A stretch of 64,000 nt of DNA from Epiperipatus broadwayi (Eukaryota > Animalia > Onychophora): the NCBI GenBank assembly GCA_028023455.1, contig JAQFVV010000009.1:12276001-12340000 (forward strand), in the 5' to 3' direction. The notes beneath the pieces are model-generated. The model made no database searches, was not told the origin of the DNA, and saw only the letters and a program-made list of their open reading frames with translations. Positions within the stretch are counted from its first letter, which is position 1. The number at the start of each line of letters is the position of its first letter. Below, one piece after another: positions 55,093 through 64,000 of this stretch. The translations under genes and the position numbers were made by a program.

Positions 55093-57199
55093 CTACTTTA
55101 GTTTTATCACATGTTGTGTAAGCTAAGTAAGTAATTGAGTTGTTGTTGTCATTCTGTCCTTGCATTTCTCATAGTGCTTTTTTATAATATCTATTATTAT
55201 TTAGAGATTTATTCAAAAGAAATATGAAAAGGATCAAAAGAATATTGACATCTTCATAAACATAATTTTTATTAGTTTTATAATATATTATCTAATTATT
55301 ATGCTTATTGTCAACAACGATTATAAAGTTGATAAAGAATAACTATGGAGTTTATTAATTTATGAACTATAATTTATAAATAAGAAATGTTGATTTGTAT
55401 TAGTGGAAATTAAGAGTAAACTTCCTGCAAATATTAGTACATTTGTATAAATAAAGATTTTACCTTTTTTTTTTTTTTAGTACACAAAAAGTAAATAATC
55501 CACTTGTTTATGTTATTGCTTTTAATAAATATTTTAAAATCATATATCAAGATAAGAAAAATTAAAAATATATATGAAATATCTGAAAAACATATGAGGT
55601 TCTTTCATAACTTGATCTTCTTGGATTCAGTATTTATGAATGTTGATATTAAATATATGCATTAAAAATAATAATTCACTGTATTTACTCTATTTTGTAG
55701 CCATCTATTGTAATCATAAGGAATCAATGGATTCTAATTTCTGACTATTAACTTTTATCAATGAAATAATATTGAAAGAAGCAGAAATAGTCATGAAATA
55801 CTTTGTTTGAAATATTCCATTCTATATATCTATAATTAGCTTTTAACCGATTCTACTCAAATATATAATTACTAACCTGGTATCAGAAGTATAAAATTAT
55901 AAAATCAAATTAGTTTGGTTTTAAAACATTAGTGTGTTTTTGATTCTTAGTTATTAGTTTCTATACTATGTAAGAAGTAATGGTGATTGGTGGAAATTGG
56001 ATATAGCACTATCATGTAATCTCCAATGATTACTCAAACTTATGATAGAGGGCTTTGGAGTAGAGAAAAAATAAAGTGAATTTCTGTTTCTAACACTTTT
56101 ATGTTGAAAATAAATAGAGAAAGTCATATAATCTTTTGTTATATTAAATATATAGTTTTTTGCATCTTATAATTTGTTACCCTAAAGTTATTGACATTGT
56201 TTAAAAGTTATAGAAGAGGTAGAAGTTAAGGAGACCATGATTTCTTATAGTGAACATCTTCCCTTTAAACAGCCCAAATTTATAAAAGAGATATAAATAT
56301 GAAAAAGTGACCATGAGCTCAACAGCCATAAGAATACGATTCCTTCACCAGACTTAGTGAAGGCCACATTATATCTTGAACATTTTTTTTTTTATCATCA
56401 GCACATTGAATCTTCCCTCACCAATCCAGTTTTATCCTGGAATTTTTACCCATTCATTTATCAACCATTGTTTGGTCAACTAAATAAATAGGCTATAGCC
56501 ATCCAACTGAAAGAAAAATCTTTAAGTCTGTTTTTGATCTGGAAAAATTTCATGTTTGAGCTGATCTGTGTTTGAATCCTAGATCATGGATATAACTAGC
56601 AGATATATTAAACACTATATCATAAAACCCTGTGGTAAATGTGTAAAAATTATGAAAAATTTTTGACACCATTGACTATGTTTAGTTTTGAAGATGTACT
56701 ATGGCAATAGTTCTTGTATACAAGGCCTGGGTTGATCTTTCTGCGTCAGTAATAGTTAATCTTGCAGAACTTATCTTTAGGGTAGGAAGGATAAAATGAC
56801 TTGTTATGCACCTTACTTTGAAAAATTCAAAATATTGTGGCATAATAAGACATAATAGAAATGAATTTGTACCTGGAAGTAATGATGAAGAAAGTCAAAA
56901 TAATTACATTTTAAAATTTAGTGTCAAAAAAGAAATCAATATTATCTACCTTCATGAAATAAATTATATCGAAGCAAAACAAATTGTAATAGCAAACCTT
57001 CAGTTATACAGGATTATAACAGAATAAAAAGTATCTTTATCCTTTTAATTAGAGGATAAAATATTACATTTCTGCCAGAAAAAGTGTTAAGTGATATAGA
57101 ATAGTTGTCGTACAATTTCTTTCTATCAGTTTTAGATATTTGGATTGTCTGCAACAAATTTTATTATAAAGGAAGGAAGATTTTATTTGAGAAATGCAT

Positions 57200-57450
57200 T
57201 ATAATATTCAGAAAAGCTTGCTCAGAAACATTAAAATTTCTGAATAATAAACTCAGAAGAAAAAAAGAAAACATGAATTAACAACAATAGATGGAAATTA
57301 GAAAATCAGTATATAAAAAATGCTTCATATTATCAAAAAGTTTCAAGAATAGAAAGATGGCGCTGCAGGAAAGCATAGTTTTAATGAATATCATAGAAAT
57401 GCATTGCAAGATTTTTCTTGCAGTATTTCTTTGATAGCACATTGTTGATA
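57200..57450 (+). mobile_element. Possible hAT (Tip100/ZMYM-like) transposase relic
   Basis: FQE*KDGAAGKHSFNEYHRNA loosely resembles the TTF-type zinc-finger motif FxxWKxAxxxxxxHExSxxH. No TIRs found. Confidence 0.25.
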
Positions 57451-58244
57451 TTTTTTGATATTCTATTAGTTTGTTCAAGCTTCAGATAACATCCATCCAA
57501 CAGTTGTCTTTTGCTATTGGGTTAAAAATATTCAAACACATATAGATTTAAAATCAAGCTTGCCCAACTATGTAGTCTGACAATGTTAGCATCTTTATAT
57601 TTTAGTATGTCAATTATATGGTTTCTATAAAAAGTTCTATTAATTTTACTGAAAGTAGGATATATATCAAAACAAATAATCAAATGATTTTAGAATGATA
57701 CAAGAGGATTACTGTTATCAATGAAGATTTTAAATATATAGAAAGGTCTCATAATGCTTTGTTGTAATATAAATTCATTAATTCTAAGTATTAATATTAT
57801 TATTTTTTAATAAAAATGTAGTTAATTATTGTTTGTTGTATCACTAGTATGTTTTGTAATATTTTGTTGTTGTTATTGTTTTGCAATTCTTAATTTAGAT
57901 CTTCAGAAGAATATTTTTTAAAAGATGTCTATTTGATTAGCCTGAAAATCTTAGGACTGACAAAAAATGACAGATATGTTTTTGAGTCATAATCTTACTT
58001 TTAATTTGTATAATAATAATTTATTTTTTGGTATGACTTATAAAATGTTTTAAGAAGTGATGGAGTTTATTAAACAGATTGTATATTTCAATACATTCTG
58101 GAATCAGATCCCTAGGAATTAAAAGTTTTCATTAAAACTTTCTATAAATTTTTGTTAATATATGTATTTTTATAATCTTATACATTGTTTCATCAGTAGT
58201 TATTAATTTAACAAAATGAATTATTATTATTTTTTGATTTGCAG

Positions 58245-58356
58245 ATATCTAGTGACCCATTTAATGGGAGCTGATCTAAACAATATTGTTAAAACCCAAA
58301 AACTAAGTGATGACCATGTTCAGTTTCTTGTATATCAAGTTCTTAGAGGACTTAAG
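58245..58356 (+). CDS. MAPK14: p38 MAPK coding exon (equivalent to exon 4)
   Basis: tttttgatttgcag acceptor and GTAATT donor. 112 nt, [37 protein letters not shown]. Confidence 0.97.
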
Positions 58357-58444
58357 GTAATTCAGTTTAAAATAGATTGTTAATTATTTGTAGCTTACTT
58401 TTCAAGTTACTGAATATTTTTTGTGGCAAATATATATGATACAA

Positions 58445-59306
58445 TTTTTTTTAATGAATGTTTAGATGGAAATCTTGAATCTGTGGAATTATCCATTTAA
58501 ATCAACTTAATTAGAAAACACTTAATCTAGAACAACTGCCTCAAGCCAAGAGTCAAAGTAAACTAACAAACTGATGCATCCAAAAGGAGGATCCTCTTTT
58601 AAATGCCACTCTAGATCGAATATAGAGAACAAAGTATTGCAGTTTACATTTATAGGTGTAAGAAATCAAAGTATAACAAACTTTTCAGTTTTCTTACTAT
58701 GTAAACCCCTCCATTGGTAGGTTATATATTGTAATACAATATTTTTAATGAATGTTTAGATGGAAATCTTGAATGTGTGAAGTTATCTGTTTAAATCAAC
58801 CTACCAGTGGAGAGATTTATTATATAGTAAGAAAATTGAAAAATTTGTTATACTTAGAATTCTTACAACTATAAATGTAAACTGCAGTACTTTGATCTCT
58901 ATATTAGACCTAGAGTGGCATTTAAAAGAGGATCCTTCTTTTGGATGCATTAGTCTGTCATTTATTTTGACTCTTAGCCTGGAATAGTTGTTCTAGGTTA
59001 AGTGCTTTCTAATTAAATTCATATAAATTGATAATTTCACACATTCAAGATTACCATCTAAACATTTATTAAAAATATTGTATTATAATATATAACCTAC
59101 CATTGGAGGAGATACGCCTATAAATGTAAACTGCAGTACTTTGATCTCTATATTAGATCTGGAGTTGCATTTAAAAAAGAATTCTTCTTGTGGATGCATC
59201 AGTCTGTCAGTTTACGTTGATTCTTGGCATGGCATAGTTGTTCTAGGTTAAGCGCTTTCCAATTTAAGTTGATTTAAAGATAACTCCACATATTCAAGAT
59301 TTCCAT
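58445..59306. repeat. Complex inverted/tandem triplication of a ~200-bp unit
   Basis: Unit A forward (~58455-58656), block B, partial A start (58722-58800), inverted B (58801-58867), inverted A (58868-~59060), second inverted A (59117-59306). Confidence 0.85.
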
Positions 59307-59375
59307 ATATATATATAAGTACAGTATTATTAAGCTACCACTTTTATTCCTAACTTTTCTTGATTAGTAGTTTTT

Positions 59376-60210
59376 CTGAATGAAGATTATTGTATAATAA
59401 TAATTCAAAGGTGCATTTTATTTTTTTTACTATAAACCTTTCATATCTTTAAGCTACTCATACAATTCTTAGACATACATTAAATTTAAATATATATTAA
59501 TTTAATGTCTGATGGATATTCATTTACAACTCTTTTCCCATATACTAATTTGATTTTCTATCAGTGGTCATCTTTATAGTAATCAAAAAATAAATATCAA
59601 TTATAGATGTTATTAATAACCTCCATGTGTTTTTGAAACACATTGTAAAAGACCAATGACTCCATGATGCATTTCACACTGAACTAGCATTCATCATTTG
59701 GCCAGGCCATTATCTCTCACATGTATCTTTATCATATTTGTATTTACATATTGGAAAACATTCAATACTTAATATTAGATGATGGAAATGCTGAATGAAG
59801 AGATTGTATAGAAATAATTCAAAGGTGCATTTTATTTTTTTACTATAAACATCTCATATCTTTTAATTACTCATACAATTCATAGACACATTAAATTTAC
59901 ATATCTAATAATTTTAATATCTGTTGGATATTCATTTACTACTTTTTCCCATATATTAATTTGATTTTTTATCAATGGGTCATCTTTATAGTAATCAAAA
60001 AATAAATATCAGTTATTGATGTTCTTAATAACCTCCATGTGTTTTTGAAACACATTAATAAAGACATTGTAAAAGACCAATGACTCCATGATGCATTTCA
60101 TGCTGAACTAGCATTCATCATTTGACCAGATCACCATCTCTCACATATATCTTTATCATATTTGTATTTATATTGGAAAACATTCAATACTTAATATTAG
60201 ATCATGGAAA
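59376..60210. repeat. Tandem duplication, period ~415 bp, plus a partial third copy at ~60565-60670
   Basis: ctgaatgaag at 59376 and 59791, colinear high similarity through cattcaatacttaatattagat.atggaaat. Confidence 0.92.
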
Positions 60211-60731
60211 TAATCCAATATATAAATACAACTAAAATACTATCATCATAAAATTTCAGGAAAAACATCCTTATCTTATGTTTATTTATCAATTGTAAAT
60301 TATTACATTTTGATTTACAAGTGTCAAACTTACCCACTCACAACTTTGATACAGTTCACTCTAGATAAATACAATAATGATTTTCACTAATCATTTATTA
60401 AACTAGAGATTATCTCTAGCACAAATATAAACTTTAAACCTAAGCTAAAGATTAAGTAATTTGTATGTTTTTTTAATCAAACACACACATGTAGCAATTC
60501 AACTTCTTTTTTTTTTTTTTCATGTGTAATATCTATTATAAATGTTTCTAATTTCTTCCACACCATCATATATTGTAAAAGACAAATGATACCAAGATGC
60601 CTTTTATGATGAACTAGCACTCTTCAATTAGCCCAAGTCAGCATTTCTGACATATACTTTATCATATATATGTTCAGTATTTTATCAATAATAAATGATT
60701 TAATTTTGATTTACAAGTGTCTATAGTTTAT

Positions 60732-60904
60732 TGAATTTCAAAAATTTTACACTATTCAGCAAAAAAACTTTTATTATTGATTACAGTTTTAACTGTACCA
60801 TGCAGTATTCATCTGATGAAGACTGCATGGTACAGTCAATACTGTAATCAATAATAAAAGTTTTTTTTGCTGAAAAGTGAAATGTGTAAGATTTTTGAAA
60901 TTCA
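60732..60904. repeat. 173-bp near-perfect hairpin containing a second hammerhead-like relic (family B)
   Basis: Arms meet at TTCATC-T-GATGAA (1-nt loop at 60814). Right arm reads CTGATGA-A-GACTG(CATGGTA)CAGTC-AATAC-TGTAATC-AATAATAAAAG. Confidence 0.85.
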
Positions 60905-62265
60905 GTATTATATATGAAGACAGCAAAAACAAAGGAGGAAGAAAGGAATTTAGAAGAACTATATAATATAATATATAAGATTGCCTGTAGTTTAGTAAGT
61001 GATTAATGATAATCATTTCTGTATTTATCTAGAGTGGATCATATCAAAATTGTGGATTGGGTAAGTTTGAATCTTGTAAATCAAGATGTAAATATCAATT
61101 ATTATTATTTTTATTTTTTCATTATTCTATTAAAGGTAAATAAAAAATAATAACAATACTGTAATGATTAATTATGATATTTATTGTATGATGTTCTGAT
61201 CTATTAAACATTTAATTTTATATATATGCAACATCTTTATAAATATTTATTTTTTAATAATAATCTGCATTACAAATGATCATTTGTAAACAAGTATTGG
61301 AAAATACATGCTATTTTTTTATAACTACAAATTATTTATTTTGCTTGGAGCTGCATTACATTTTGCTTGATCATTTATTAAAGAAGATAATTAATATGTC
61401 CAATAGAGAATTGCAGACCATAACTTGAACAGCTTTTAATGTTTTCTCCTTTAATATATTTTGATAATGATAATATACTCATTGACATTTCTTCTTTAAT
61501 GAACTTTTTTACTGTGTAAGGAAAACAATTATTTCACATTTTCATTAATATATTTGTTATATTCCAAGTTCTCTGTCTGTAGCCAGGTAGTATCATAGTC
61601 ACTGATAGTTTGTTTTTGCTTATCACAACCCCTTACTATATTTTATTTTACTATATTACTATTTAAAATACAGCAGAAATTTTAATAACTATTTTATATC
61701 TAATTAGTAGTTATCTTCATTTTTTTAAATAAGCAAAATCACACCTTTCAGTTTATTAATTAATTAATTTTTGGGGGGAGAGGGTAACAATTTTACCTTA
61801 TTAATGCTTTTTACATTTATTACTTGAACAAGGAAGTTTTCAAATAAATTATTTTTAAATGCTTTTATTGAAATTAGAAAATTGGTTTGTTTGTAAACTT
61901 TTGATCTTTTTTAAGTTAGAAAGAAAATTTAAAACTCATGAAAGGGTGGTATAGATTTTTTTTTTTTTCAATTTAATAAAATTTTAAAATCGAGATTTAA
62001 TAGAGTTAAATTCTCTATAATTTGTTAAAATTTTGTAAAAAATTTCAAATCTTTATAAAAGTGATAGGACCCATTAATATTTTAAATAGGTGATTTAATT
62101 TCTTAGACATGGAAGAGTGGTAGGAAAACTTCAATGTTTTAAATAATGCTCATGATTTTCTTGGTTGCAATTGTAAGCTTCATTTAAACAATAAGAAAGT
62201 TTGTTTATAATATAATTTTGTTAAGCTTCTTTTTTTAAAAAAAAAAATTTTTTTCTAATAAAAAG

Positions 62266-62660
62266 AAAAAATGTCAAATAATTTTAAACAGAAAAGTTAC
62301 TTATTGATTTCTTATACATATGTAATTATATGTACACATACTATTTTATCTATATATAAAGTTTATACATATTAACTTACTGCAGAAATATCTAGTGATA
62401 TATATATATATGAGAAATTGATTTAAAATAAAATTATACATATTAAGTGAAGTTTATAATATAGTTTCTGTAAGCTTTTTTTTAAAAATAAATAAATTTT
62501 TAATCAAAAGCAAAAATGTCAAACACTTATCACTTAAAAAAATATTTAATATTTTTAATCACTTATATACACATATGTTACTATGTACACATATTAAATA
62601 TGATATCTACATAAGGGTAACATTTTAACTTGTAGTAGAAATATCTAGTGATATATATGT
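62266..62660. repeat. Diverged tandem duplication, period ~250 bp
   Basis: aaaaatgtcaaa, tatgtacacata and agaaatatctagtgatatatat each occur twice in order. Confidence 0.7.
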
Positions 62661-62758
62661 CAACTATAAGTGGCCAGCCAATTTAATGTAGAATATAGTT
62701 TTAATTTTTATTTATTGTGACAATACTAAAAAGTTCAAAACAATAGTTAAAAAAATTG

Positions 62759-62986
62759 TTTATATTAAATGCTTTTATTTATCATGCATTAAAAAGAAAA
62801 AAACATGGGAGAGAGTATCCAGAAATTCATTATGTCAATCATAGGGATTGACTTAATGAATTTTTGGATTACACTCACCCATCCACCCATTTTTTTATTT
62901 CAAGTTAAATCTAAAAACCCCAATTGTGATTGAAAAAACAATTTTTTTCTTTTTAGTGCATGATAAATAAAAGCATTTAATATAAA
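62759..62986. repeat. MITE-like element with 45-bp terminal inverted repeats
   Basis: TTTATATTAAATGCTTTTATTTATCATGCATTAAAAAGAAAAAAA (62759-62803) vs the reverse complement of 62942-62986, one mismatch. Confidence 0.8.
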
Positions 62987-63170
62987 AAAAAAATTTTCTT
63001 TATTATTTAAACTATTGAATATTTCATTTTAATAAATATTTCCTTCAATATTTAGATTTAATTTTAAAGCTATATGACTTTAATTGTAATTAAATAAAAT
63101 AAGTTTTAGTATTTTTCATTATATTTGTTCATTCTTTTTTTTTTTTTAATGTTTTTTTTTTTTTTTTAAG

Positions 63171-63200
63171 TATATTCATTCGGCAGGTATTATACATAGG
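63171..63200 (+). CDS. MAPK14: p38 MAPK 30-nt coding exon (equivalent to exon 5)
   Basis: Poly-T + AAG acceptor and GTAAGT donor. YIHSAGIIHR leads into the catalytic HRD motif, same 30-nt size as the human exon. Confidence 0.95.
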
Positions 63201-64000
63201 GTAAGTATTTTTTAAAAATATTTTTAGCTAATTTTTATACAAATTACATGTGTGTGAGAGTGTGTTTGTAGATAAAAAGATAAAATTTTCATTGCATCAT
63301 TCTTTCTTAAAGGAATAAGGAAGGAAAAAACATTCATCAGGCTAGTCATCTGTTAATCATATAGTTTTATTATCTTAATTTATCATCTACTTAAAAATTG
63401 TTAGTTAGATACCTTTTTACTGATCAATATTTAGATGACTAAAAATAGGTCTACAATAATTAATTATATAATTTATTATCATATTTAATTGTTTTATATA
63501 TAATATTGTAAAAATAGAAGTTCCAAACTAAAACTTTCATTCACAAATGTGTAAAAGATGTTTCTCAATATATATGATTTTCAGTGTGTGTGCATGCTTA
63601 TATATAAACTTGAAAGGAAAAGCAGAAACTAACCCAAACAAATATTTTGTAGATATTTATTCAAAATATATACACTGGAATAACAGTTAAGAGTTAAATA
63701 ATAATTTTCATACTTAAAATTATTATAAATTATTTTTAAAGGTCTATTTAATGTTTTTCTGATTTTGAAATCTGAAGCAAGCTTCTTTTTATGTTACAAT
63801 AGGTATTACCAATAATTATAAAAATCCCCTATCTATTTTTAATTAAATTAAGATTTATTTATTTTTTAATTAAAGCTTGTCATAACCTACAATTTGATAT
63901 TGTTTAAAAACTTTTAGATAAAAATTTGGTTTTAATTAAGGTGAATTGAGAAGTGTCTAACTTTTTTGATAACGATAAAGTAAGAATTTACTTAATTATT

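Noticed and set aside
58573-58600. CTGATGC-ATCC...GGAT as a hammerhead in unit A
   Set aside because: The core is CUGAUGC, and there is no GAAA box or helix III in any of the three copies.

Overview
Very AT-rich eukaryotic (animal, probably arthropod-like invertebrate) genomic DNA, mostly intronic. The only host gene I can support is a p38 MAP kinase (MAPK14-like) on the + strand. Four coding exons (41092-41227, 52067-52125, 58245-58356, 63171-63200) have the same phases and nearly the same sizes as human MAPK14 exons 2-5. Coding exon 1 was not found, and the gene continues beyond the window. The rest is transposon-derived: a decayed full-length L1/Tx1-type LINE (18.2-24.6 kb) interrupted by a 1.4-kb CAC...GTG insertion, a minus-strand LINE with an SGNH-esterase ORF1 (29.7-33.6 kb), two hAT non-autonomous elements with 8-bp TSDs, a Tc1/mariner-type MITE, several LINE relics, tandem duplications and at least six long fold-back inverted repeats. 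The most interesting signal is a repeat family carrying minimal type-I hammerhead-ribozyme-like motifs of the kind known from Penelope-like elements. One copy (5853-5894) has an intact core, two copies sit in the arms of a ~700-bp fold-back (26760-27465), and a second unrelated hammerhead relic forms a 173-bp hairpin (60732-60904). Most short ORFs in the supplied track are antisense or AT-rich noise.
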